DNA from: an uncultured bacterium
Lineage (GTDB): Bacteria > Patescibacteriota > Microgenomatia > Levybacterales > UBA12049
Assembly (NCBI GenBank): GCA_963826535.1
Contig: CAWGXL010000003.1
Location: 1 to 51,359 of the forward strand
Direction: 5' to 3'
Length of the DNA stretch: 51,359 nucleotides
Both the position numbers and the translations under genes were made by a program. Positions 42,093 through 51,359 of this stretch are shown here, one piece after another. How positions within the stretch are numbered: position 1 is the first letter of the stretch; each line of letters starts with the position of its first letter. The notes under the pieces are model-generated. The model was not told the origin of the DNA. It ran no database searches and was given only the letters and a program-made list of their open reading frames with translations.

Positions 42093-43340
42093 TTGTTTTC
42101 AAATCGGAGCAATGCGGAGTTGTCAAATTCAAATATCGTAACATTCTCAATAATTATTCCGACATATAACGAGTCCGAGAATATTTTGCGACTCATTAGT
42201 GAGATTGAAAAAAATTTACCATCATCTGAGTTTACTGAAATTGTCATAGTAGATGATAATTCTCCAGATGGAACAGGAAAACTCGTAGAGAATTACATAA
42301 ATCAACAAGATAATAAGCATCAAAAGCAGGATCAGGCCAAGACTACCAATTGCAGGGTAAAAATAGTTCATCGAACTGGAAAAAATGGACTGATACCTGC
42401 AATTATTGATGGAGTTAAACAATCCACAGGTAGGAATGTAATTGTTATGGATGCTGATTTTTCACATCCTCCAGAGGTAATACCCAAAATGATGCAGGAA
42501 TCAAAAATGAATCCAAATTCTATCATTATTGGATCAAGGTACGTTGAAGGCGGAAAAGTCATTGGCTGGCCAAAGAAAAGAAAGATATTGAGTTCGGGTG
42601 CCTCATTCCTAGCACGCGTCGGATTAAACGTAAGACGTGTTAAGGATCCTATGTCAGGGTTATTTGCACTCCCCCGTGAATTAATAGAAAATATATCAAT
42701 TGACACTAAAGGTTACAAGATACTGTTAGAGATTTTGGTAAAAAATAAAGAAATACCAACAAAGGAAATTCCGTTTACATTCATTGATAGACGGTCTGGA
42801 AAGAGTAAAATGGATAATGGTGTAATACTGAACTACGCTAAAGCAATATGGCAATTATACAGACATGGTCAGAAATCAGGTCATGTAACTATCGATGTAA
42901 AGGTAGATGAGAGATCTGTCCTTTTCCTTTCGAAGGTAGGACGCTACTACACAGTCGGCATTTCTGGACTAGTAATTAACTATCTGGTCTCATTTCTTCT
43001 GGCTAATGATGTGGCCAATTCTATTCGATTGTTGTCCAACGTGTGGTACCTCGAAGCTTCCATTATCGGTGCTGCAATCTCTTCAACATCCAACTTCTTT
43101 TTCAACAAGTACTGGACTTTTGAGGACACGCGATTCGAAGTGAGATCTACTGCAAAACAGTATGCCTCGTTTATTGGCATGAGCGCAATTGGATTGATAA
43201 TTCAAATTGCAATACTGTATTTCATGGTTGAGAATTTTGTTCCATATCGTATATCTTTGATATTGGCAATCGCCGTCGCTACAACAATTAACTTCATACT
43301 CAATAAGAAATTTACATTCAAGGAAAAAGTTTGGGCATAA
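42093..43340 (+). CDS. Dolichyl/polyprenyl-phosphate sugar synthase (Dpm1/GtrB-type GT2) fused to a C-terminal GtrA-like four-TM domain
   Basis: GT2 part: FSIIIPTYNESENI, IVIVDDNSPDGTG, VMDADFSHPP, IIGSRYVEGGKVIGWP, VKDPMSGLFAL. GtrA part: YYTVGISGLVINYLVSFLL, SNFFFNKYWTFED, INFILNKKFTFKE. TTG start. Confidence 0.85.
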   Translation: MFSNRSNAELSNSNIVTFSIIIPTYNESENILRLISEIEKNLPSSEFTEIVIVDDNSPDGTGKLVENYINQQDNKHQKQDQAKTTNCRVKIVHRTGKNGLIPAIIDGVKQSTGRNVIVMDADFSHPPEVIPKMMQESKMNPNSIIIGSRYVEGGKVIGWPKKRKILSSGASFLARVGLNVRRVKDPMSGLFALPRELIENISIDTKGYKILLEILVKNKEIPTKEIPFTFIDRRSGKSKMDNGVILNYAKAIWQLYRHGQKSGHVTIDVKVDERSVLFLSKVGRYYTVGISGLVINYLVSFLLANDVANSIRLLSNVWYLEASIIGAAISSTSNFFFNKYWTFEDTRFEVRSTAKQYASFIGMSAIGLIIQIAILYFMVENFVPYRISLILAIAVATTINFILNKKFTFKEKVWA

Positions 43341-43452
43341 CCGCTACTTTGGGTTATGGTTATGCCATCATTTATGAGCAGAGATTAATATACTAAATTA
43401 TAGTAACGTGCATTAAACTTGTCATGATTCAGATCATGTGAAATTGTATTTA

Positions 43453-44034
43453 CTAAATTAGTTGTACAAATTTCAATCCATAGATAATTGCCAGTGCTGA
43501 ACTTGCGATTAGCATATGTCTCCATGGCATAGCACGTAATCTTGGACCTTGCAATTTAATTTGGTGGTTATCAACTATGTGTGTAATGTAGTCCCTTAAT
43601 TTCTCATTCCATATATTATACTCTATTTTGTGTTTCCTGAGTATTGACTCTATCTCATAAACAACAGGTGCCCTTACTGATCCTATGTGTTGAATATACC
43701 GTCTAGAAATTTCCACTTCGGCCTTTATTGCAATAAACCCCTGCTGTATATCCAAAAGCCGCAGATGCATTTCCCAAGGATATTTGAGTTTTTTAGAAAA
43801 TCCACTTCCTATTTGTGTTGGTTTCTTATTTTCGAATTTTACCTTCTTGAAACCCTCAGCAAATAATGTCCTTATCAAATCCTCTTTCTTTATCTTAACC
43901 ATGAGACTCAAATGGTCGAACTGAATTTCTTCGTGACGAATTAATTCACTTAGACCCTTCAGCAAATTTATTCGTCTAGGATAACTAGTCAGGAATTCCG
44001 ACATCCTTCTACTAACTAAGATGATGCACCACAA
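43453..44034 (-). CDS. Hypothetical protein with a C-terminal TM helix
   Basis: Intact ORF with a likely ATG start at 44004 (MSEFLTSY). The C-terminal hydrophobic tail is MLIASSALAIIYGLKFV. No family recognised. Confidence 0.45.
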   Translation of the reverse strand: MWCIILVSRRMSEFLTSYPRRINLLKGLSELIRHEEIQFDHLSLMVKIKKEDLIRTLFAEGFKKVKFENKKPTQIGSGFSKKLKYPWEMHLRLLDIQQGFIAIKAEVEISRRYIQHIGSVRAPVVYEIESILRKHKIEYNIWNEKLRDYITHIVDNHQIKLQGPRLRAMPWRHMLIASSALAIIYGLKFVQLI

Positions 44035-44075
44035 GTAATATTAAAATGCTATGGAATTAGACAAATTTCTGAAAA

Positions 44076-44826
44076 TCATAAGAAAGGAATGTTTCTAAGG
44101 TAAATGTCTATTTTTGGATTAACAGTCATGTCCTTCATGCTCAATGAACGTTTAGTTTCTCTGACATTTGCTCCCCTTATGACTACCAATGGAATTGATT
44201 CATTGCTCTCTCCCATCATAAAAACGCCAATAGTGGCCAAACAATCAGCTGTGGCTTTAAAGGTCACCTTTAGTTTCTTTCCATAAAGATCCGTCTTGCC
44301 TCTTTCATCATCTACAGGATCAAATCCAGAAACTCCAATAGCAATTCCAGTACATCCTATCCTTGTAGGCATAAGTCTGCTATCCGAAATAACAATTCCA
44401 ATTTTTATTCCATATTTTTTAAGAAATTTTTTGCGTAATTCGTTGGCTGTCTTGAAGTCTGTCTTTAGGGTACAGTACTATTTTGCCTTGGGGGCAGTTT
44501 GATTTGTCAATTCCTGCGTTAGGAGCTATCATTCCATCGTTGATAGTTAACAAGAAACCTGGAATCCCCGAAACCACATAGTCAGATTCTTGCAAAGTGA
44601 CTTGTGCGATTCTCTCATCCATTTTAAACTTTGAAGCAAGTGCTCTTGCTCTTTTGCTCACCTTAACATTCTTCAAGTCTATAAGGGACCTTTCGCTCAT
44701 CGAAACAAATTTGCTTGAAATTACCAGAATATCATCTGCCAGAAACTGAAATTTAGAATCAACTATTGTTCTAAATAGATCGAATCCTTCGTCTTTTTTT
44801 GGAATCTTTATTGGTAAAATTTCCAT
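44076..44826 (-). pseudogene. cofE: Coenzyme F420-0:L-glutamate ligase (CofE), one net +1 frame break near 44372-44430
   Basis: Fragments are 44419..44826 (DDILVISSKFVSMSE, MIAPNAGIDKSN) and 44076..44372 (RIGCTGIAIGVSGFDPVDDERGKTDLYGKKLKVT..., IPLVVIRG). Confidence 0.75.
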
Positions 44827-44910
44827 TTATTTATAAAGAACTAACTCACAATATTTGTGTTCAGGAAAAATTATTAAAGTCAAAGGAGGATTTAGGTTGA
44901 TCTTCAAGAT

Positions 44911-46182
44911 ATGAATATTACAGAGAAAATAATTGCACGTGCTTCGGATAAAAATACGGTTAGTCCTGGCGATGTAGTTTTCGGCAATGTAGACAAGTTA
45001 ATGATCCACGACGTTTCTGGTCCTGGAGTAATCAAGGTATTTGAAGAGTGGTCAAAAAGAGGAATCACGCTTGAAAAAGTATGGGATGCAGACAAAATTT
45101 GGGTTTCTGAGGACCATTTCGTACCCTCTGCAGATAGAATCTCTGCAGAAAATATCTCAAAACTGACGGATTGGGCAAAAAAATTTGGGATTAAAAAGCA
45201 CTTCAAATATGGACTTGGCCAATACGGAATTTGTCATACACTTTCACACGAGGAAGCCTTGGTTCTACCAGGCGAGTTCTATGTTGGAGGGGACTCTCAT
45301 ACCAATACTACGGGTGCTCTTGGAGCATTGGCAGTGGGCTTGGGTCATACTGACATTGCTTATGCAATGTTGCATGGGCGGATTTGGTTAAAAGTACCTG
45401 AAACAATGCTCCTTAAACTCGTTGGAAAAAAACCACCTCACATTATGGCCAAAGACATCATTCTAAAAATAATAAGTGATATCGGAACTGACGGAGCAAA
45501 TTACAAGGCTATGGAATTTGCCGGAGATGCAGTTAGTGAAATGAGTATGGAAGAAAGACTGACACTTACAAACATGACTACAGAGGCTGGTGCAAAAAAT
45601 GGTATAATTGAACCAGACGCTGTTACCGATGAATACATCCGTCAGAGGACTTCAAATTCATACAGACCAATTTCGGGAGATGACCCAAATTATCTGGAAG
45701 AATATACTTATGAAATAGAAAAACTTGAACCAACTGTGGCAAAGCCATATTCACCGCAAAATGCTGCAGCTGCCAGGGAGTTGCAGGGTGTTGAAGTGAA
45801 TAAGGCCTATATAGGATCCTGTACGGGCGCCAAATTGGAAGATTTAAGATCCGCTGCTCAAATATTAAAAGGGAAGAAGGTAAAGATACGTACTGAAGTT
45901 TTGCCTGCTGCTCAATCAATATATCTCAAGGCAATGAGAGAAGGTTTAATTGAAATCTTTATGGAAGCCGGAGCAGTTGTAGGTCCCCCTACATGTGGTG
46001 CCTGCTGTGGAGCTCACATGGGAATTCTGGCCAAAGATGAAATCTGTGTCAGCACCACGAACCGAAATTTTCCAGGTCGAATGGGTCATGTTGAATCACA
46101 AACGTATCTAGCGTCTCCTCTAGTGGTTGCTGCTTCTGCCCTCAAAGGAAAAATAACCGACCCAAGGGATATAGAAAAATGA
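44911..46182 (+). CDS. leuC: Aconitase-family dehydratase large subunit (3-isopropylmalate dehydratase / homoaconitase type)
   Basis: VGGDSHTNTTGALGALAVG, YIGSCTGAKLEDL, GPPTCGACCGAHMG, STTNRNFPGRMGH. Intact 423-aa ORF. LeuC versus HacA cannot be distinguished by eye. Confidence 0.85.
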   Translation: MNITEKIIARASDKNTVSPGDVVFGNVDKLMIHDVSGPGVIKVFEEWSKRGITLEKVWDADKIWVSEDHFVPSADRISAENISKLTDWAKKFGIKKHFKYGLGQYGICHTLSHEEALVLPGEFYVGGDSHTNTTGALGALAVGLGHTDIAYAMLHGRIWLKVPETMLLKLVGKKPPHIMAKDIILKIISDIGTDGANYKAMEFAGDAVSEMSMEERLTLTNMTTEAGAKNGIIEPDAVTDEYIRQRTSNSYRPISGDDPNYLEEYTYEIEKLEPTVAKPYSPQNAAAARELQGVEVNKAYIGSCTGAKLEDLRSAAQILKGKKVKIRTEVLPAAQSIYLKAMREGLIEIFMEAGAVVGPPTCGACCGAHMGILAKDEICVSTTNRNFPGRMGHVESQTYLASPLVVAASALKGKITDPRDIEK

Positions 46183-46667
46183 CTCTAAAAGGTACTGTCC
46201 ATAAGTATAGTAAAGATAATATAGATACGGATGTGATACTTCCAGGCCCTTATCTGAAAATTCACGATCATGCTGAATTATCAAAACATGCCATGGAAGG
46301 AATTGACACTAACTTTTCAAAAAAAGTCTCAAAGGGGGATTTTCTACTTGCTGGTAATAACTTTGGATGTGGATCAAGTAGGGAACACGCACCTATAGCT
46401 CTCTCACATTGTGGAATCAATGCAGTAATTGCTCCTTCGTTTGCTCGAATCTTCTATCGGAACTGTGTTGACGGCGGATATTTGCTCCCGCTGGAAGTCG
46501 AAAAATCTACATTGGAGCAAATTTCAGACAAGGATTCACTAGAAATTGACATTCAAAAAAATGAAATTCATGACATTTCAAATGGAAAAAATTTCTCAAT
46601 CAGGCCATTTCCCCCATTGATTAAAAAAATAATTGATTGTGGGGGTTTGATGTATTATAAAGAATGA
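46179..46667 (+). CDS. leuD: Aconitase-family dehydratase small subunit (LeuD/HacB type)
   Basis: GNNFGCGSSREHAP, APSFARIFYRN. Its start overlaps the leuC stop (ATGA at 46179-46182). Confidence 0.85.
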   Translation: MTLKGTVHKYSKDNIDTDVILPGPYLKIHDHAELSKHAMEGIDTNFSKKVSKGDFLLAGNNFGCGSSREHAPIALSHCGINAVIAPSFARIFYRNCVDGGYLLPLEVEKSTLEQISDKDSLEIDIQKNEIHDISNGKNFSIRPFPPLIKKIIDCGGLMYYKE

Positions 46668-46897
46668 AGAAGAGAAAGGGTAAACTAGAGGAAATATTGA
46701 GTAAAGCAAAGTTTTACGATGATATAGATCTTTACCAAGTTTCTTATCGTGATTTCGATAGTATAGTAAGTGTAACACTCAAGGAATTCATTTTTCTATC
46801 TTCAAATTTTGAATCGATTCCTATAACTAGAATAGTTGAAATAAAAAAGGGTTCAAAAGTGATATATTCAAAATCAATTCCACAGAGAGGTTCGTAA
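46664..46897 (+). CDS. DUF504/UPF0248-like small protein (MJ1316 family candidate)
   Basis: 77 aa. The pattern ...YQVSYRDFDSIVSVTLKEF...ESIPITRIVEIKKGSKVIYSK resembles the archaeal DUF504 layout (Y.dR ... IP.HRI..I..G..vw). The start overlaps the leuD stop (ATGA at 46664-46667). Confidence 0.4.
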   Translation: MKKRKGKLEEILSKAKFYDDIDLYQVSYRDFDSIVSVTLKEFIFLSSNFESIPITRIVEIKKGSKVIYSKSIPQRGS

Positions 46898-46928
46898 AGT
46901 ATCTGTTATTTGAAGTTCAAAATTCTAT

Positions 46929-47519
46929 TTACTCATCTTGCAAATACCATCCTCTGGGCAATAATAGTTTCATGAATGGTTTTTCTCCAATGTGTGTAGC
47001 ATATCTCCAAATTCTTTGATTGGCAAACCTATCAAAATTACCGCTGATTCTTTTTAAGGCATTTAATTCATTTTCGAGCAAATTCTTACTTGTCCGAATT
47101 GAATTTTGACATGAGAACTTACATTTACTATCAAGCTCTACATTCGTGCTGTCCTCTTTAATAACAGGATATGCGCGACAAGAAAGTGGTCTAGTATCGT
47201 ATATTTGACAGATAAGACCCCCATGGGGCGAGCGTTTTTTACTGTCAGTATCAAGAAATGGGCAATAATCTCCATTGAACTTGCCCATAAGTTGATAGGC
47301 AATTACCTGACGAGGACCATTCAATTTCTTATTAAAACCAATTCCTAATCTTGGTAAAATGATAATTTTAAGTTTGTAGGATTCGGCAATATTTTCTATT
47401 TCTTTTTTTTCTACGGGTAATAATAGAACTCCTATTTTTCCGTAATCAACTGAGGGAAAATATTGGCGATATATGCAACAATCAGAACAATCCTGCACAC
47501 AATGAAATTCTCTAAGCAT
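46929..47519 (-). CDS. YkgJ-family (UPF0153) Cys-cluster protein, putative Zn/Fe-binding
   Basis: N-terminal CVQDCSDCC cluster plus later Cys residues (YCPFLD, CQIYDTRPLSCRAYP), typical of the CxxCxxCC family. Confidence 0.6.
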   Translation of the reverse strand: MLREFHCVQDCSDCCIYRQYFPSVDYGKIGVLLLPVEKKEIENIAESYKLKIIILPRLGIGFNKKLNGPRQVIAYQLMGKFNGDYCPFLDTDSKKRSPHGGLICQIYDTRPLSCRAYPVIKEDSTNVELDSKCKFSCQNSIRTSKNLLENELNALKRISGNFDRFANQRIWRYATHIGEKPFMKLLLPRGWYLQDE

Positions 47520-47568
47520 ACTGAGAGCCTAGATTTTTTATTAGAGTATGTTCAACACTGTTGCTATC

Positions 47569-48045
47569 TCACTCGCTCTTATTTTGAAATTTTACATCAT
47601 AAATGGTCTTCAATCTTTTAAAGATGTTAAGTTCAAAACCAGGACTGTTACTCTTATACACATTCTTATTATTTTCCGTCTTATCTTTATCATTGGTTTT
47701 ATTTTCCACGGATTTGTAAAGTGAAAATCTCAGTATTGTTTTTTGATCAAAATTTTCTTTGAAACGCAGATAGTTTTTTGTTAATTGGTTCTTTTTAAAA
47801 AAACCCACATTTTCTTTTGAAAATATATTCTTGCCTCGTTGATATAAAATGAACCAGTAATAATCTCCATCTTCAATAAATCTCAAAACTATTTGGTCAT
47901 CAGGCCACCAGTGTATGTTTTCATTCCATATTTTTATTGCCCTCTTTCTATCATCATAAAGTATCAAGACATTCATGATAATGTCTGTATATCTATAGCC
48001 CACTCCTAAAAAATCTGAAATCCATTTTTTCTCTATTTTATCCAT
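47569..48045 (-). CDS. Hypothetical protein
   Basis: Intact 158-aa ORF with an ATG start, Trp/Tyr-rich N-terminal half and Lys/Asn-rich tail. No family recognised. Confidence 0.4.
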   Translation of the reverse strand: MDKIEKKWISDFLGVGYRYTDIIMNVLILYDDRKRAIKIWNENIHWWPDDQIVLRFIEDGDYYWFILYQRGKNIFSKENVGFFKKNQLTKNYLRFKENFDQKTILRFSLYKSVENKTNDKDKTENNKNVYKSNSPGFELNIFKRLKTIYDVKFQNKSE

Positions 48046-48317
48046 CTGGTGTCACGATGAGGTAAGCTTACCTGATGATGTATTATATATCATGTAGAAA
48101 ATTTGCTTTATGTTTCTAGAGCATTAGTTAAATCTGGAAAAATATATTGAATTTCGTGTTAGATACTTAGCCTCAGAGGGATAACTAAATCAATCATCAT
48201 CGGCTAGAGTTGTAATGGGGTTACATCTTTCTAAATTTAAAGTTTTAAGTCAAATTAGTATAGAATTACTCTATAATTCTATTTTCAGAATCTGATTTTG
48301 TAATTTTATTTCAAGGA

Positions 48318-48558
48318 CTAGGTTTTTTCCACAGCCTCGATGTGGCATTCATGACCCCTGTGATTCTTATTTATCTCTAAAGCTTCCTCCTCTGTGATTG
48401 GGAATTTTTCATCAGCTCAAATTTGCCTCTCCTTCCTTTTCTAAAATAGTTTGTTTGCACTCGTCACATATCAGTTGGAGAAATATTTTACCCACGTCTA
48501 AACTAAAATAATTAGGATATTTAGACCATTGCCAGTCCTTCCAAGAACAGGGACACAA
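48318..48558 (-). pseudogene. Possible small Cys/His-rich protein, split by a net +1 frame break near 48413
   Basis: My translation gives (TTG)CPCSWKDWQWSKYPNYFSLDVGKIFLQLICDECKQTILEKEGEANL, then in the +1 frame DEKFPITEEEALEINKNHRGHECHIEAVEKT-stop (48318-48320). Each piece is under 60 aa, so it is absent from the ORF track. Confidence 0.2.
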
Positions 48559-48624
48559 TTTCTAGAAAGCTCAACCTATCTAGGAATGGCTAGTCAATTG
48601 ATCTATTGCGACTATATTTTGACT

Positions 48625-49266
48625 TTATTGAATTGACTTGGAGACTCTCTTGTTCTGGTGTCTTAGATAGAGTAGATATGTGAGCAGAATAAAAACTGCA
48701 GAGGTTGACACGTAAGCAATATCGATAAGATAGTCCTTTTCATTTATAATTCTGCAAGGGAATTCTCCATTAGTGCAACCAGCTGTAAAAAAAATCACAT
48801 TCCAAATTGAATGTGATGCTATTGCAAACCACCCTTTTCCCGAAATCCAGGTTCTGACACTAGCAAAAATAGACGGAGTTACAAACAGCCATGTCAAATA
48901 TGCAAGGGTACTGACCTGCACCGTTGGAGTGTTTAAGATGTGTAGAGAAGCCCAAACAACACCTCCTGCTAGAGTCACCAGGTTATTTCCCGTTAGGTAA
49001 AACGGTATCCCGAAAAACAACGTCTCTTCAAAGGGACCTGCAAAGATTACTGAGACCACAGTTAGTGGAATTGTGGGTTCGCTGTAGTCACTTACTACCA
49101 TATTAACAACTATTGAACCTAACACCATGATAGCGAATCCGATCAAATGATAGAACAATATCATAATTGTTAGGTAGTATACGGAATTTCGTCTATACTT
49201 TGAAATCCATGTAAGGGGATTAAAATCGATCTTCAGGTCAGAGTATATCGTATTATGTTTCGACAA
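48625..49266 (-). CDS. CPBP-family intramembrane glutamic endopeptidase (CAAX protease-like)
   Basis: Polytopic. Motif 1 is FEETLFFG (EExxx, but with F in place of the usual R), motif 2 is WASLH and motif 3 is HSIWN. Confidence 0.6.
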   Translation of the reverse strand: MSKHNTIYSDLKIDFNPLTWISKYRRNSVYYLTIMILFYHLIGFAIMVLGSIVVNMVVSDYSEPTIPLTVVSVIFAGPFEETLFFGIPFYLTGNNLVTLAGGVVWASLHILNTPTVQVSTLAYLTWLFVTPSIFASVRTWISGKGWFAIASHSIWNVIFFTAGCTNGEFPCRIINEKDYLIDIAYVSTSAVFILLTYLLYLRHQNKRVSKSIQ

Positions 49267-49358
49267 TTAGGATGATAAGGATGTGAGAAAGGTGACGATA
49301 TTTACACGTTGTGTCATTTATTGTGTTAATAAATTTTATAAAGACAGATTACTTTCTA

Positions 49359-51359
49359 TCATGAAATATTCTTTTCAAGCTCTTCTATTGTACTTAATGG
49401 TAGTGAACAAGAAAAATCCTTACAAACAAACGCAAATTCTCTATTGTTATTTTTGGTGTTATTGTTAATAGACTTATTCTTAAAATAAGGATACTTGTCA
49501 AGTTCCAATAACGCAGATTGGTTGACAATTGCCGTAATCGCATTTGGAAGGAATTTCTTGTTCAGGTGATTGCCAAGTTCTGAATTTTCTCCGTATTTTA
49601 TTATGGATATTTCCAGTGGTGTCTTCATTCTAAGATATATCGCCGAGAGTAATTGACCAAATCCAAAGGGATTTCCTGTCGCAGGTTTTGACATCCTTTG
49701 AATCATTTGATCTGCTTTTGTGAGAAAGTCCTCTTTTTGAGTGTAATAATACAACTTTATCAAATTGGAGATGGCTATAGAATTCCCGCTGGGTATTGCA
49801 AGATCATAATGGTTTTTTGTTCTTACAATTAGATTTTCGTTGTCATCAGGAGTAAAGTAAAAATCATTTGTTTTTGGATCCCAGAAATGTGCTATCATTG
49901 AATCAGTATATTCTATAGCTCTTTCAAGATAGTAAGACTTTGAATCTACACTAAATAAATTAATTAAAGCTTCAACATAGAAAGCGTAATCATCCAAGTA
50001 TCCAGAAATTTTGGAAACTTTGTTGAAAACTCTATTTAATCTGCTTCCACTATTCTTAAGATTATTTTCAATAAAACTCACAGCTTTTTGCGCATTTTCA
50101 AGGTAAGTTAAATTGCCCGTCACTTTGTAGCCGCTAATGAATCCTGAAATCATCAGCCCATTCCAAGAAGTCAAAATCTTTCTATCTGTTCCGGGCTTGA
50201 TTCTTTTGAGCCTTATTTGGTATAATTGCTCTAGGGATGACTCAAGACTTCTCGTTTATCCATTCTTGACTCTTGGAATATCTTTCTGCGAGTCTTTTAA
50301 TAGAGGTGTATTTGTTTAAAATATTCTTACCTTCAAAATTACCTCCTTGGGTAACTCCAAAGCGATCTGTAAAAATCTCAAAAACTTCACTATCCAATAT
50401 TTCTTGCAGTTCCATATATGACCACACATAATACTTGCCCTCTTCACCTTCAGAATCGGCGTCCTGTGAGGAATAAAAAGCTCCTTCATTTGACGTCATC
50501 TCTCTTTGAACAAATCTGAGTATTTTTTCAAGCACATTCGAATAGTTAGGATTTAAAGTTATCGAGAACAGTTCAGAATAAAGCATAGATAAAAGTGCGT
50601 TATCATATAGCATTTTTTCAAAATGTGGCACTAGCCATCTTTGATCAGTAGAGTAACGTGCAAAACCCCCACCGACGTGATCATGTATTCCGCCTGAATC
50701 CATTTTATCGGCTGTAAAGTTTACAAAATCTCTGTATTTGGTAATTCCTGAATAATCATATGCTCTTAATAAGAAAAGCAAGTTTGATGCATTAGGAAAT
50801 TTTGGAGCACTCCCGAATCCTCCATACAAATTATCTGCTAGTTGTAGTAAAGTCACGGCCGCTTCATTTATTATTGTTTTTTCCACTTTTGTTTCTGAAT
50901 CGGTTACTATATCAGTGGAAGATTCCCTTAAAGCAGTAACAAATTCTTGACTAGAAGAATCTACTTCGTTGCGTCTATTTTTATAACCATCCGCCAATCT
51001 TAATAATATTGTTCCAAATCCTGGTAAACCATGTCTATTTTCCTTTGGAAAATATGTTCCGATATAAAAAGGTCTTTGATCAGGCGTCAAGAAAGCCGAT
51101 AGTGGCCAACCTCCAGTTCCAGTATACATTTGACATGCCCTCTGATAAATATCATCAATATCTGGTCTTTCCTCTCTGTCTACTTTGATGTTTATGTAGT
51201 GTTCGTTCATGATTTTGGCAATATCATTGTCTTCAAATGATTCATGCGCCATTACATGACACCAATGGCATGAACTGTATCCGACACTCAGGAAAATTGG
51301 TTTATCTTCCTTCTTCACTCTCTCTAGGGCAACTTCATTCCATCCATACCATTCAACAG
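49359..51359 (-). pseudogene. Thioredoxin-domain protein of the YyaL/DUF255 family (thioredoxin fold plus alpha/alpha-toroid), 5'-partial at window edge, one net +1 frame break near 50174-50242
   Basis: Fragments are 50242..51318 and 49359..50174. The frame stays open to the window end (VEWYGWNEVALERVKKEDKPIFLSVGYSSCHWCHVMAHESF). Confidence 0.8.

Noticed and set aside
48061-48072. A 12-bp palindrome GGTAAGCTTACC just upstream of the hypothetical gene 47569..48045.
   Set aside because: It is short enough to occur by chance many times in a window this size. There are no partner sites.

Overview
This is an AT-rich (roughly one-third G+C by eye) archaeal chromosome segment. All calls rest on motif recognition in the supplied ORF translations and on my own reading of the DNA; no homology search was possible.

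The gene content includes CDC48, the F420 ligase CofE, an archaeal bifunctional PGI/PMI, Dpm1-type polyprenyl-P sugar synthases, CHRD proteins and sGDH-like propellers. Together with the composition, this looks like an ammonia-oxidising thaumarchaeon (Nitrososphaeria). That assignment is inference only.

Layout:
- Housekeeping flanks lie at 1-2.7 kb (cdc48, agmatinase-like) and 43.4-51.4 kb (cofE, leuCD-type dehydratase, DUF504-like, YkgJ-like, CPBP, YyaL).
- They bracket a ~36-kb cell-surface glycan island (7.2-43.3 kb). The island holds three GT4, three GT2 (one fused to GtrA), a Wzx-like flippase, FkbM and class-I methyltransferases, Gfo/Idh/MocA plus DUF362, a NodB/DUF2334-like protein and PGI/PMI.
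- The island also holds three membrane-anchored PQQ/sGDH-like beta-propeller paralogs, an NHL+Kelch double propeller and an RTX-repeat protein.
- Its most unusual members are two giant (~1,600 and ~1,450 codon) YfhO/GT-C-like membrane proteins that carry CBM-like jelly-roll modules.
- A C2H2 zinc-finger protein and a 232-aa MCM-core-like AAA+ ATPase sit as a pair at 3.8-5.6 kb.

I recognised no rRNA, tRNA, CRISPR array, transposase or integrase.

Major caveat: about 25 reading-frame breaks hit about 16 genes, and almost all are net +1 (one extra base). This looks more like insertion-biased assembly error than real decay. Such genes are reported as single disrupted loci (type pseudogene), with their ORF fragments listed.
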